In this document: positions 1-13,623 of the stretch, in pieces | Layout: every line of letters starts with the position of its first letter | Position numbering within the stretch: the stretch's first letter is position 1 | Translations under genes and position numbers: made by a program | The notes under the pieces: generated by a model | Databases searched by the model: none | What the model was told of the DNA's origin: nothing | What the model saw: the letters and a program-made list of their open reading frames with translations, nothing else | Source: the human T2T-CHM13v2.0 reference genome, Homo sapiens | Reading direction: 5' to 3' (one strand) | Length of the DNA stretch: 64,000 nucleotides | Assembly: GCF_009914755.1 (NCBI RefSeq) | Contig: NC_060937.1

Positions 1-1170
1 TCCCCTCACTCTCAGCCTTGTGTGACCAAATAACCCAAATATGTCATTTTGGACTTTAGGGAACCTAATATCCTGCTAAATCTTAAACACTGACAGCAAT
101 TAAGGTCTCGTCCTCAGGCACAGTAGAAGATGCCAATCAAAAGAAACTGCATTCCTGAGACAGGGGGCCAGCAATGAAAGCTATTCAACTCAAGGCTCAG
201 GCACTATGGCAGAAGAGGTGGGCATGTGAGATTGTAAGAGCCGATATTGAGAGATAAAATAAGTTCAGTTTCTCTATAAATTAATCATTAATGTCAAAGG
301 CATGCTTATATCAGACCAGCGTATGGGCCCCTTTGTCAGATTAACAAGACTTTCTTGAAGAATTAGCTAAATCCTTAATAGAGGTTATAAAGGTTATAAA
401 AGGCTTATGGAAGTTTTATCTTATGGTAGAAATTAAAATTTATAGATTCTTTACAATTTCATTGGCTTCAGGCTGTTTTTGTTAAGGCTTATTGTTTGGA
501 AAATTAAGTCTCCTCTCAAAGAATAAAGGTTTTTGCCTTTTTTTAAAAAAAAATCCTTGAGTTATCACTTTGGTTAAATGAATGACTTATTTTACAATGA
601 CCTGGGATCCTATTTTGTGATATCAAGTGTTTTAAACCTTTGATATTTGATAAACTTTCCAAAATCAAATTATAAATTATGTCTTTTTCTGAACTAATTA
701 ATTCTTTAAGATATTAGGTTCCCTAAACTCCAAAAATGATATATTTAATTTATTTTATATAAAAATTATACAGGAAGCATTGTCAAATAGGAAATTTTCT
801 TTGTTTTTTGGAGGGCTGTATTTGTATAAATATGTTATTGGTATGTGTTTCAAAATTATGGAAAACTCCTGTAATTCTGATATGCCTTAGTGTACATTAT
901 CAGTAATAATTATGATTGCTATGTTAAATTATTGTGTGCCACAGATGTGAAAAATTTCCTTTTCAATGTGTCTTTCACTATGGCTGCCCTAAAACTTTTT
1001 GACATTCATGTACAATTGTATTGTTTTGGTCCTCTTCAGAAGGTGGTTTTATAATCACTTGTGAAACTCTGACAGGTGTTCTTGAATGCAGGTTTCTGAT
1101 AACTTTGGAGATTGTGGCATCAGAATAGAGAAAATACTTTCAGGTGTCATGGGAGCTGAAATGTTCATTG
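1..1170 (+). mobile_element. ERV1 MER4-group non-autonomous internal sequence (MER4/MER41-int-like), truncated by window edge
   Basis: AT-rich tracts typical of MER4-group internal regions (aggttataaaggttataaaaggcttatgg; gttatcactttggttaaatgaatgacttattttacaatgacctg; cagaatagagaaaatactttcagg); no ORF; subfamily and strand from recall. Confidence 0.6.
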
Positions 1171-1248
1171 ATAAATGTTTCCTAGTGCCATATTGTGATA
1201 ATTTCCTTTACTGATCTGCTTTCTGACACTATAGCTTACATTTTTAGT

Positions 1249-1573
1249 ATTATTTTTATTTTATTTTATTTTATTTTATTTTATTTTATTTTAGTCAGAG
1301 AGTCTCACTGTGTCACCCAGGCTGGAGTGCAGTGGGTGATCTTGTCACTGCAACCTCCACCTCCCTGGTTCAAATGATTCTCCTGCCTCAGCCTCCTGAG
1401 TAGCTGGGAATACAGTCACAAGCCACCACACCTGGCTAATTTTTGTATTATTAGTAGAGACAGGGTTTCGCCATGTTGGCTAGGGTGGTCTCGAAACTCT
1501 GGACCTCAGATGATCCACCAGCCTCAGCCTCCCAAAGTGCTGGGATTACAGGTGTAAGCCACTATGCCTGGCC
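1249..1573 (-). mobile_element. AluS (Sx/Sz-like) with (TTTTA)n tail
   Basis: Reverse-complement Alu dimer ending ...ccactatgcctggcc; A-tail seen as (attt t)n-type array 1249-1292. Confidence 0.95.
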
Positions 1574-1589
1574 CCCTTTTTTAATATAA

Positions 1590-4100
1590 ATTTATATAAA
1601 TGGTATTCTACAGTATTAATCTTTTTTTGTCCAGCTTCTGTCACCTATCATAAATATTTTCCAAATCATACATGTTGTTGCTGTGTAGTATTTCATTTTA
1701 TGAATATATATTTGTTTCTTCATTAGCCTGTTTATTGTCATTTTGGCTTTATTTCCAGTTGTTACTATTAAAAAGATATGTTAATATTCATGTGCAGGTC
1801 ATTGTAGTTGCATTTATTTCTCTAATAGGAGTGGAAAGACTAGGATATATTATAGGTAGGTGGTACAGATTGTTAAAAAAAACTGTCAAAATGTTTTAAA
1901 AGTCTTTGGAATATTTTATATTTCCATCAGCTGTATATGAAAGTTCCAATTCCTCAACATTCTCACTAATGCCTGATATGGTATTCAAATCATTTATTTA
2001 TGTTAATTTTGCCTCATGTAATCTTATTGAACTCAGTTATTAGTTGGAGAAACTTTTTTATAGATTCCATTGCATTTCTGTGTATTAGACAATTAGATAT
2101 TTCTATGTATTAGATAATTTCTCTGTATTAGATAATGTCAGTTCCATATAAAGATTCTTATTACTTCCTTTGCAATCTGAAGGCAATTTAGTTTTTTTCT
2201 TCCCCTATTGAATTGGCTAAAACTCAGTACAACATTAAACAGAAGTAGCAAAGAGAGATGTCATTGTCATACTCTTTAACTTTAAGGAAAAACATTCTCT
2301 TTCATCAATTAAGTAAGCTATTAACCTTAAGATTTTTGTATATTTCTTTTTATAGGGAGGTTACATTCCTTTTATACACAGCTTGTTCAACTCTCTTTTC
2401 TTTTTAGCTTGTTGATATGATGAGTTATATAGATTGATTTCAAATGTTAAAGCAGGCTTACATTACTGGAATAAATACCAAATATTCATTAAAAAATTTC
2501 AGTTTTTTGTTGGATTTTATTTGCTAAAATTTCATTTAAAATATTTACATATACACTCATGAGATAGATACTTTTTTGAAAATGGTGTCTTTGGTTTTCT
2601 TATAAGCATAATTTTGATTTCGTAGTAAGAACACCCAAAATCCATCGTTTTAATATTCTGATGGAGTTTGCACAGAATTGTTTTGTCTTTTATGTAGAAA
2701 TTCAATTTTTAATAGACATAAAGCCACCTTATCTAATCTTAATTCTATGAATGTAATTAGTTTGTATCTTTAAATAAATTTAATATTTTTTTATTTTATC
2801 TAAATGATAAAATGTATTTCCATAAATGTTTCCCAATATTTCTTCAACATCCTTTTAATATCTGGGGAAGTCTAGTGATAAAAAATTTTATTTCTGCTAA
2901 GTTATTTATTCCTAATAAATTTAAACAGAAAATTATAACTTTTTAGATTTTTTTGAGGAAGTAACTTTTGGTTTTAACAACTTTTCTTTATTGATTTCTG
3001 CTTTCTAGTTCATTGATTTCTGCTCATAGCTTTACTAACTTTGGAAGACTATCTCTTTTTTGTTTCTCTATTGCTCATGAGAATTACTTTCTCCTAGTTT
3101 CTTAAACTGGATGCTGATGTCATTTATTTTCGATCTTCTTTAATTCTTATACAGAAACTTAGGATACAAATTACTGCTTCAGCTGCATCCCACAGTTTTT
3201 AATGTTGTGTTTTCATTTTTTATTCAGTTCAATATGCTATTTAAACTTCCCCTTGATTTCTTTATTTTATATATGTGTTATTTGGATATGTTATTTGGTT
3301 TCCAAATATTTGAAAATGTTCCATTGTTTCTGTTATCTATTTCCATTTAATTCTATTGTGAATTTGAATATTTAAAAATGTAAGACATATTGTATGTACG
3401 AGATATGATATGGCCTATGATGGTAAGTTCTATGGGAACTTTACACTATTCTGCTATTGCTGTGTGGAAGGATATAAATATAAATCAGGTCAATTTGGTT
3501 TTTAGTGTTGTTCAAGCCTTTTATATCTTTATTGATTTTCTGTCTACTTGTTCTGTCAATTAATAAAATAGTAGTGTCAAAAACTAAAAGGCATTTATGG
3601 ATACACCTAATTTCGGTACTCTCTGCTTTTGCTTACTTTAGGCAATCCTTACTTTACACATTTCCTGAAGGTTCAAATCATGATTTAGTTAAATAATGCC
3701 AGTCACTTGACAACTAAGATTTAGATTAGTTTTTTCATATGCCATTGTATCCTGCTGTGTTAAATTTTTTTGCCAGCTCTGAATTATTTATAGCTATTAT
3801 TTCTTCACAAATTTTTTATTCTCTTCATTCTCTTCTTCTGACATTCTGACCAGATGTATAAATATTTTATCGTTCTCAGTATGTTTTCTGTCTTTCAAAA
3901 TAGCCATCTCCATTTCTTCATTCATCCATAATTTCTTAATCCCTCCCTTTGAGTGCATAATTATTTTTTTCAAGACGTACTTTACCTGCTGTTAAAACAT
4001 TTATTATGTCTCTCTTTAGTTTCAGTAAGTATATATTTTTTTCTCCAAACTTTATCATTACTGTTTTATCTCTTGAGAGTTTTTTATTTATTTGTTAGAT
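1590..4100 (-). mobile_element. Old, fragmented L1M (L1ME/MD-like) remnants
   Basis: T-rich antisense L1 motifs (ccatcagctgtatatgaaagttccaattcctcaacattctc; ctgcttcagctgcatcccacagtttt; tgttcaagccttttatatctttattgattttctgtctac). Confidence 0.6.
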
Positions 4101-5454
4101 TGCATCATTATTTTTAAAAATATTTCACACATACACTTTACTTCTTAAAACTAAACGCCTGTAGTTTGGAGTCTAAATCTGTTTTGTGCTGTGTCGTTAA
4201 CTCTCTCTAATGTCGATGGATCTTCTTACAGTGTGTTTTTGAGCATGTTACTTTCTGTTTTAATGCAGTAGATTTAGTCCTTCACTACAGAAGATTTACT
4301 CTGGAAAAGAGTTGCTTCGAAATGTGTCAGTAGCTAGCAAATGCCACCAATCTAGGGCCTTCTCATTTAAAACCTAGCCTGGAATATCAAGCTGGGCTGA
4401 AATTTTACTATATAAATAAATAATCCAGTATTTAATGATAGTGTTGCAAAATTCTATCATCTGAACAATACAGATACTTAAAGTAGATGAAATTTAATTT
4501 TACATCTTTTCACAGTTTTTTCGTATCCTTTTTTTTTAGAGTATTTTCCAGTATTTTATGACAAAAGAAAAGCCTCAAAGATGTGTCATATCCAAAAATC
4601 TAGATTTATTCTTTTAGTCAGGTTGACCCTTAGAGCATTTATCTTCCATAATGAGAGAGGAAAAAACCCTCATTGATATATCTCAAGTCAATTATTGGCT
4701 ACCTTATTATTCAATTTTTATTAACTACAAGGAATAATAACTAGGAAGAGTATGTTGTCATGTAAAAACATTTTTATAATGCAAAAATAGGGATATGTTT
4801 GTTAATTTATGTTATGTATCTATTCCATAACATTACTTTTTAAAATTTGTTCTGAACATAAATTTATTAACTTTCAGTTTGGAAGTGGATCACATTAAAA
4901 CCCCCTACCATATTGTATAAAGAACTTCCGCATAGTTCTTGTGACTTCGATATTTTAAATCATTTTAATTGACACATTATAGTCATCATTAAGGTGTAAA
5001 AAAGCACTTGTTAACTCAGTTTTAAGTATCCACAAAATATCATTGTGTCAAGACTTACAATTGTCTTTTGTATTCAATGTCATCTTTCTCAATTAAAATT
5101 ATATAACTTTTGTTGTTCAGGTTTATCATTGTTTCTAATTATGCTGGACATTGTATTTTTATACTTAGATTACAATTTATATTATAAATCTGAAAAATAC
5201 CTTTGTTAGAAAACAGATATGTTGTTTCCATTTTATGAAGTACAATTATTGACCCTACAGAGCTTTGAAAATTTAATTACACTAACTTACACATAAGTTT
5301 ATCTTTCTCAGAAAATAGGGAAAAGTTTTATGGTACAGGTGTTTCTTTTCTTTTTCTGTAACCTAAAGAACCAAAAACAGAAACATATCTTCATTGATTA
5401 CAATCAGTATTTTATGAAGCACCACTCTAATTATCTTAGTATGCTAAGCTTATT

Positions 5455-5488
5455 ATCACTTCTCGGCCTTTTGGCTAAGATCAAGTGT
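5455..5488 (+). pseudogene. RNU2: 3'-truncated (tailless) U2 snRNA retropseudogene, U2 nt 1-34
   Basis: atcacttctcggccttttggctaagatcaagtgt equals the U2 5' end with one CpG transition; flanked by direct repeat tgctaagcttatt (5442-5454 and 5490-5502). Confidence 0.93.
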
Positions 5489-5614
5489 GTGCTAAGCTTA
5501 TTATCTTCTTGAAACACAGACGATGTTAAAATTGGAGTCAGGGATATTTTTCATTGTTACTGATTTTGAGATGGCATAAAACTGGTTGAAATCCTTTATT
5601 TCAGTGATTCTAAC

Positions 5615-5755
5615 TCAGTGGTTTTTAAACTGAATGTACATATGAATCAAAAGTTGTGCTTAGCAAAGGGGCAGATCCCAAAATACCACGATCACAAAAC
5701 CTTTATTCAATGACTGGGTGGAGGTATGGAATGTATATTTTTAAATGGGAGATTA
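5615..5755. mobile_element. Degenerate MER5-like (hAT-Charlie) fragment
   Basis: cagtggtttttaaactg...gggtggaggtatggaatgtatatttttaa resembles MER5; similar weak pieces near 7050-7340. Confidence 0.35.
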
Positions 5756-6412
5756 TTATAAAGATAATCTTTCAGATAACTAGTTACTCATTTCTAGTTT
5801 GTCAATATCCTTTTAGTTTAACAATCAGCACTAGAAATACTCTACTTTAGATATTGTGTTAGAATTTTTTTATACAGTGTAAATCATGCAAGGTAGATGT
5901 TTTATCCTTATGAAGAAACATATTTATTTTTGGAGAGATAGAAATTTCTGAACAGCAATGCAGATATTAACTGAGATTACAGAGAAAAGGTATCTCTAGA
6001 ATTTCCTTTCTTCTGATCAGGGTTATACATTCAATGTTACAATATACATATAACTCTTCTTTTTTTGATGCAAGGATGAAAGTATTAGAAGTAATCACAT
6101 GCCTAACATTACCCAATAAGTAAATTTTAATATGGGGGATTTAAATATTAATTTATTGAATACCTTAAATATAAGGATTTTTTTCTCTCTAATATCCAAG
6201 TATTTGTTAACAAAGTTTACATTCGCAAGGAAGATTACTGTGGTAAGGCCACTCTATGTCCTGTTCTTAAACATTCAAGTAGAAAATTTTTTGATACACG
6301 TTTCTTTATCACAGAATTCTCTTCAGAATCAGAGAAAGTATAATGATTTTTCATGTGGAATATACGATTTTTGTTTCCATTTGCTTGTTGGCTAATACTG
6401 TTTGATTAAAAC

Positions 6413-6557
6413 AGTACTTTACCTGGGACATAACAGAGCTCATCCTACCAAATCTTTGTGAAGGCAAAAGTCCTAAGCTTTGAGGCGAACTAATAACTAT
6501 ATCTGGTTATTACTAATAGTTAGACATAAAAGGAAGTCAACCATCTTCAGCAGATGT
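6413..6557 (+). repeat. 145-bp dispersed direct duplication, copy 1
   Basis: Ungapped alignment to 8490-8634, 10 mismatches by manual count. Confidence 0.95.
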
Positions 6558-8489
6558 CGGTATGTATAAACATCTTCAAAGGACATCTTTATCATATTAT
6601 TATAATATGCTATATGTTAGAAGCTCAATTAAATCAGATCTCTATGAAAATCCCTAATATTTTTGAACAGATAAAATATGGATTAGGGATCTCAGACATT
6701 GAAAGCAACCTACTAGTAGGCAACTTATTTCTATCTCTTAGATTCTACAAATTAATCAGTTTTATATACAGTTACAGTTTGAAAATGTGGGCACAAAGCA
6801 CATGACAATTACTAATTCCCCTCTCACAGTCTGCCCATAAACATCTATGTCTCCATTGTTTTAAGGCCTTGACCAAGAATTACCAGTAAGGCACCTCAAG
6901 ACCAAGATAGACTGTAGGGTTGGAGCAGAATATTCCCAAAGTTGACAGGTATGTAAATACACCCCAAGAGAAAATGAAAAATCACCATACATGTTCATTA
7001 TTTTAAAATACCATTTGCTTTAATATAGCCTGGAAACCATGCCAATTAAAGGATGATTCTGATCCAATAATTCTTTGTTGGATTTAGGAATTTGCATTTT
7101 TAAACAGTATTTAAATCCAGGTGGCCCTAACATTGGTTAAAAAAAAAAAAATGAACCTTGTTTTTAAATTTGGATACATATTGGACTCATCTGAGGTAAA
7201 TAAAAAATGCAAATGCTAAACCTACTCTCAAAAATCTAACTTCATTATTCTGTTGGAGGATTATGCTACAGTATATTTTAAATATGCTAAAGCATATTTA
7301 AAAGCATATTTAGAGAAGCCGAAAGTGCAGACTGTTTGGAGAATTTGATACTTTCTTAACCAGCAAATGCTGCATCTACCCTTGTTTCATAGCTCTCTGA
7401 TAGCAGTTACAAGCCTTACAGATTTCTGCTGTTATCTCATTTTCTTTGAAAAACATGCTTATAAATCACACACACTGACGTGTAAAGGTACTATGAAATA
7501 AATCAGGAAAATTGGGTTGTAATCAGAGTTCTGCACTTTGTAGAAGTCAGCCTTTCAGTGTCTCATTTTCTTCATATGTAAAAAAAAATTAGCAGTGGGA
7601 TGAAATGGTTCCTGTGATGCTTGGAAAAAATATATCTGTAATGAAAGGCCATTAAACCAATTGAGTTATCTTTTATCCTTGAAATATATCATTATCTCAT
7701 TATTATATTAAATGTATAGACAGTGCCAAATGACTATTGTTAAAAATCAAAATACACCTGTGTCATTCAAGAAAGTAAATTTTAACAAACACTTTAAATA
7801 TGCTTCCCTGCAGTCTCGATACCCACATTAATCTTTTTGTAAAAGAAGCTGTCTCATATGCTTTATGCAGTTTCCTAAAGTGGATGAATGCTAAAGGATA
7901 AATAAAGCTAGAAATTACAAAAGGTAATATTACAAATCTAGGAACAGAAAAAAGCTTAAAGAAATTTACAAGGAAGGACTGGTTTAAATAAGTTAATAAC
8001 TTGGAATACTTCTATAATGTAAAATACCTTCCTTTATATCATCCAAATTTCCAGATGTGTCATGATAAATAATTATACTACAGCAGTATGATTGTTATTA
8101 TAAGTACACCATTTATTCAACCAAATCATCAGGCAAATCTTTCATAAAGTAATTAAGTGCTGTTTTTGATTATTTCTCTTTGAAAGGTAAGGAATGGTGA
8201 AAACATATGAACACATTTGAAGAGAGCAAAAGAATACCTCTTCAGAAGAGAACAGTGTTTCCGATTGTTATATTTAGATATAATAAGAAACAGAAGCAAT
8301 AGAGCAAATTAGACTCCAGCCCACGCTACTGGTGGAACAAACAAGTCAGGAGGGAGCTGGGATGCTAGCAGAAAAAGCAGGCTAGAAAACTTCATTAGGA
8401 AAGGAGGAGCATTAACCTATTCCTTGATTTTCTTTTTAAAGTTTCTGGAATGGAACAGATAGAACCATTGTGTTTACCGTAATCGCAGA

Positions 8490-8634
8490 AGTACTTTACC
8501 TGGGACAAAACACAGCTCATCCTACCAAATCTTTGTGAAGGCAAAAGTCCTAAGCTTTGAGGAGAACTAATAACTATGTCTTCTTATTATTAATGGTTAG
8601 ACATAAAAGAAAGTCGACCATCTTCAGCAGATGT
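8490..8634 (+). repeat. 145-bp dispersed direct duplication, copy 2
   Basis: Ungapped alignment to 6413-6557. Confidence 0.95.
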
Positions 8635-8782
8635 GGTGTTAACTGAAGAAATCGGTCAACTTACACTAGCAAAGTGAGACATGTGTTTAATAGTTGTCTG
8701 CATTTTCTATTGTGTAATGGGGTAGAGAACTATGGTTTTATTCATGTTAAAGAGAAAAAAATAAAGTTATATCTGTGGAGTA

Positions 8783-8900
8783 TTTTTCTCCCTCCCCCCC
8801 TCCCTTCCCCTCCCCTCCCTTCCCCTCCCCTCTCCCCTTCCCCCTCCCCTCCCCTCCCCTCCCCTCCCCTCTCCTCTCCTCTCTTTTCTTTTCTCTTTTC
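8783..8900. repeat. Pure polypyrimidine tract, (CCCCT)n/(CTTTT)n
   Basis: About 118 nt with no purine on the + strand. Confidence 0.95.
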
Positions 8901-9232
8901 ATAAAGCTACATTTTGGCCTGATTTCCCATGACCCTAGGCTTCTCTGACTCATGCAGTTTCTATCCTCCATGTGTTAGAACTTCCCCTGAAATTACTTAT
9001 ACATACATGCTAACAAAATACCCTTCATAACAATCAACTGAATGAAAAGAAGTGTTTACTTTCACACAGAACTGATTTTATTAGTTAGTGAATATTGTTA
9101 AAGGAATTGCAGGTTGGCATTTGAGGAATTCATGTCATATCACATGTAGCAAAAGTAACACCAGAACAAGCCAAAACAGAAGTTAAAAGTAAAACATGGT
9201 CTCTCTTCCCCAGTAATTATTACAATAATGAC

Positions 9233-9596
9233 TGATATGGTTTGGCTCAAATCTCAACTTGAATTGTAGTTCCCATAATCCCCACATATCATGGGGGGAC
9301 CCTGTGGGAGGTAATTGAATCATGTGGGTGGTTACCTTCATGCTGTTCATGTGATACTGAGTGAGTTCTTACAAGATCTGATGGTTTTACAAGGGGCTTT
9401 ACCCCCATTTCGCTCTGCACTTCTCCTTGTTGCTGCCACGTGAAGAAGGATGTGTTTGCTTCCCCTTCTGCCATGATTGTAAGTTTCCTGAGGCTTCCCC
9501 AGCCCTGCGGAACTGTGAGTCAATTAAACCTCTTTCCTTTATAAATTACACAGTCTCGGGTATATCCTTATAGCAGCGTGAGAGAGAACTAATACA
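9233..9596 (+). mobile_element. THE1C/THE1D solo LTR (ERVL-MaLR)
   Basis: tgatatggtttggct...aactaataca termini; attaaa poly(A) signal; 5-bp TSD atgac/atgat. Confidence 0.93.
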
Positions 9597-11436
9597 ATGA
9601 TTTCAGAAACTGAACTTGAAACTTGTTTTGGCTACCTTCTACTTTTTAATTCAGTGCCTGGTTTTACTTTTCCCTGGATAAAACAAATTCTTTTCTGTTT
9701 TTTATGCTAAGTAACTTGGTTATTCTCAAGGACTATGCAAAATGTGCATATGTGAAACCTCTAATGCACTGGGAAAAAAAGGGAGTAATATGGAGAGCAT
9801 TCCATATAACAAGATTCTTCCCACTTAACACACATTTTGTTCCTGTTACATTAGAAATAATAGTAAAGACAGAAAACAACACATACTAGCATTAACAGCC
9901 TCCTGTTCCAGCACTCATTCTAAAATAAAAGAGCTTTAACCTAAAGAGTTAGTCTTTACCTAGACACAATTGGACAATACAGTGCATGTTGTGTGAAACT
10001 GGATTATAACTCATTAGCTCATTCAAGCAGAGAAACTCATAGTTGATACCTAAGATGACTATGTTCCACCAAATAATTCAAGAAACTAAGTGTGGTATAA
10101 AATTATTATTGTGATAACCGAAACCTAGACTCAAAAATAATTACTTGTTATAAAATGTTAAATTTTGCAGGAAATGAATTTAATATTGAAATTAAGTTTT
10201 CTATAAAACAGTATCCAACATATTTTACAATTTGGGTGTTTTGATCAATCAGACAAAATGATGGTTGGCATGGAGTTAAAATACAATTTCTCATCAGTTT
10301 CAATATGTGTACAATAGGAACCACTGAAAAATAAAATATACTGATCATAATATAAACATCTTTTGATGATTCAGTGTATCTAAAACCTTCAATGTAAGAT
10401 GAAGTTTATCAATATTACAGCACTAATGAAATATCCATGTTTATAAACCTTTTTATTGAAGAAAATTGGCAAAAGGTGTATTTGAAATTTATTTTGATTG
10501 TTATTATTCAAGGAGAGTTTGCAATAATGAGGCAGATATTAAAATATAATTGAAATTCTGGATTTTTTAAATTATTCAGAAATTAATAATACATTTATTT
10601 TTACTATATATTTTAATATTGAATCTTCCTTGAATTAAATTTATTAGTGATATTACCACAATGCATTTGATAGTTATTGGAATAATTTCCCTTTTATTCT
10701 TATATCTACCACATACTCATGATTATGATAGTACACTGGGGTTACTCTCAAGGAAAGTAATATCTGGCGATAATTTAGTTGAATTTGCAATACTATCAGT
10801 GAGATACACGATTTGATGAAAATAAGAGGAGAGGGATGTTCCCATTGCCCTCGCTCTGTCAGTTTGGTAGTTCTTGCAGAGTTAGACCAGCTACAGTATT
10901 CACCAGTTTTGCTACCAGTAAAAAATTGCTTGATTTGGAAAAGAGAGTGGAAAAACCAGATTCCCCTGGGCTTTGTCAGAAACAGTTGCATTATCAGTGT
11001 CAAATGAATTTGGAAGGCTAAAGTCTAAGCAAGCTTGAGGTTGCAATTTTGGTTGGGGCAAGCAATAGGCTGACAGACTAATGAGAATTTTAGCAGGAAA
11101 ATGAGGGCAATGAAACAACCACAGCAGCCTTGTTAAGCTCATGCGTACCCTGGCTGTCTGCATGCAAACTCAGAAGAGAACAAAAAATGACCTAGCAATT
11201 AACACATGCTTTCAAATATGAGGTTTTATGCACATGCACAGGAGGCATGGAGTGAACCTGGGAGAAAGTGAATCTAGGGCAGAATTGTAAACCACCTAAG
11301 GTTGTTTGGTTTTTGGAGTTTTCATAGTTATCAACTACTACACAGATACATGGACAAAAGATGGAGGCCATACTCAAAATGATCCCTAGGTAATGCAGAC
11401 CAGAAGCTACGCTTAGGAAAGAGCAGGCTTAAAACA

Positions 11437-11437
<1 letters not shown>

Positions 11438-11479
<42 letters not shown>
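11438..11479. repeat. (AC)21 microsatellite
   Basis: Direct read. Confidence 0.97.
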
Positions 11480-11480
<1 letters not shown>

Positions 11481-12492
11481 AAAACTAAAATAGATATCAG
11501 TGGCTATCACAGTGCAGACAGTCTGTATAGAACTATTCTGACAAATTGCTAAATAAGGAAGAAAACAAATCAAATAGCAACAGCAACAGCAGCATCACCT
11601 AATGAGAATCAGAATCCATAGTTTTAATACACATTATCAAAAATACTCACTTTTCAACAAGAACAAAGGTATTGGATGTGCAAAGAAACAGGAGATTTGT
11701 AACATACTCAAAGAAAAAAAAAGATAATGGAAACTGCCAAGGCAGGGAGGACATAAGTGGCTATTATAAATATAGATGAGGAAATAAGGGATATAATGGT
11801 TTAAAATATAATAAAATAACATTGAAAATGGGAGTTTTTAAGAAAAAAATTTTGAAAATGAACCAATGAAAATTATGTCGTTGAAAAGCAAAATATATTT
11901 AAAAAGCCAAAGCATTTTTGAAATGACAGAAAAATCAGTGAGCCTAATGATTGATGTATATAAATTGTTCTAGTTGAAGAACAGAAAAATAAAACCAAGA
12001 TGCCTAGAGAATTGAGACTAGAGAATTAAGAAAAACTATCAAGTATGCCAACATAAAAGTAATGAGATAATCAAGAGATGAGAAATGAAAGAAAAATATT
12101 TCAATAAACAATGGCCCCAAATTCTGAAATTTAATGAAGAACATTAGTCCATAAGTCCAAGAAACTTAAGAAACTCTAAGTAGGATAAACAGAAAGCAAT
12201 TCACATCAAGACTACACACACCAGAGTCAAATTTCTGAAAACTGTAAACAAAATAATATTTTGTACTATGAAAGAAAAAAATGGACACATCTAGCAAAAG
12301 AACACAATAATAAGATTGATAAGTGATTTCTTATTTTTAAAATAATGAAGGCCAAAATGTATAATAAGATATATTCAAAATGTAACTGTATAAATATTTC
12401 ATTCACAAGACAGAAAGAACCATACTAAATTAAACAAAAAACAAAAACAAGTTCCAAGTTTTTGAGATCTAAAAGGGATATAATTTAGATTA

Positions 12493-12825
<333 letters not shown>

Positions 12826-13350
12826 TTAAAAGCAAAAGGATAGAGAAATATATACTATGCAAACAATAGAAGAGCTACAATGACTACACTATTCTCAGGA
12901 AAAAAATAGATTTTAATATAAGAATATTATTAGGGACAAAGAAGGATGCTTTATAATGATAAAATCATAAATTCATCAGAAAGTTATAGCAATTATAAAC
13001 ATTTACTCAATGTACAGCAGAGTCACAAAGCACATGAAGTAATACTAACAGAATTAAAGGGACAAAGAGACAATTTAACAATAATAAGCATTTCAATATT
13101 CCATTCTCAATAATGGACAGAACAGCTAGATAGAAATTTAGCAAGGGTCTGGGAGACTTAAGCAGCACTATTTAACAGACATTTGGAGAAAACTCAACAT
13201 ACTAAAAACTGAATAAACAATTTTCTGAGCACACATGGGAGACTCTCCAGTACAGGTTATATACTGGACCATGAAACAAGTCTTTATACATTTTAAAAGT
13301 TTGAAATAATACCAAACATACTGTCAGGCATATATAGAATTAGAAGGGAT

Positions 13351-13523
13351 CGAAATCATGGGTAGTACTAAACCCTATATATATTTTGATTTTTCCTATA
13401 CACATACCTACAATAAAGTGTAATTGATGCTTAGGCACAACAAGAGATTTACAACAATAATTTATAATAAAATAGAACAATTATAAGAGCATACTATAAT
13501 AAAATTTATGTGAATGTGATCTC

Positions 13524-13565
<42 letters not shown>

Positions 13566-13623
13566 TCATATTTTCAGTCCAACAACTGTGGAAAGCATAA
13601 CCATACATGGGGGAACTACTGTA
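13351..13623 (-). mobile_element. MER44-like (TcMar-Tigger) fragment with internal (TC)n
   Basis: Terminal ...gggggaactactgta resembles the MER44 TIR plus TA; tagtactaaaccctatatata and aataaaatagaacaattata motifs. Confidence 0.75.

Noticed and set aside
2074-2136. Three copies of atttctNtgtattagaYaat, superficially repeat-spacer-like
   Set aside because: Short slippage tandem inside old L1; no unique spacers; not CRISPR.
8674-8971. Proline-rich and Gly/Glu/Arg-rich ORFs
   Set aside because: Translations of the (CCCCT)n tract.
10674-11163. Four overlapping ORFs including the longest (109 aa)
   Set aside because: No recognisable motif; they lie in a probable L1M 5' region with slightly higher GC.
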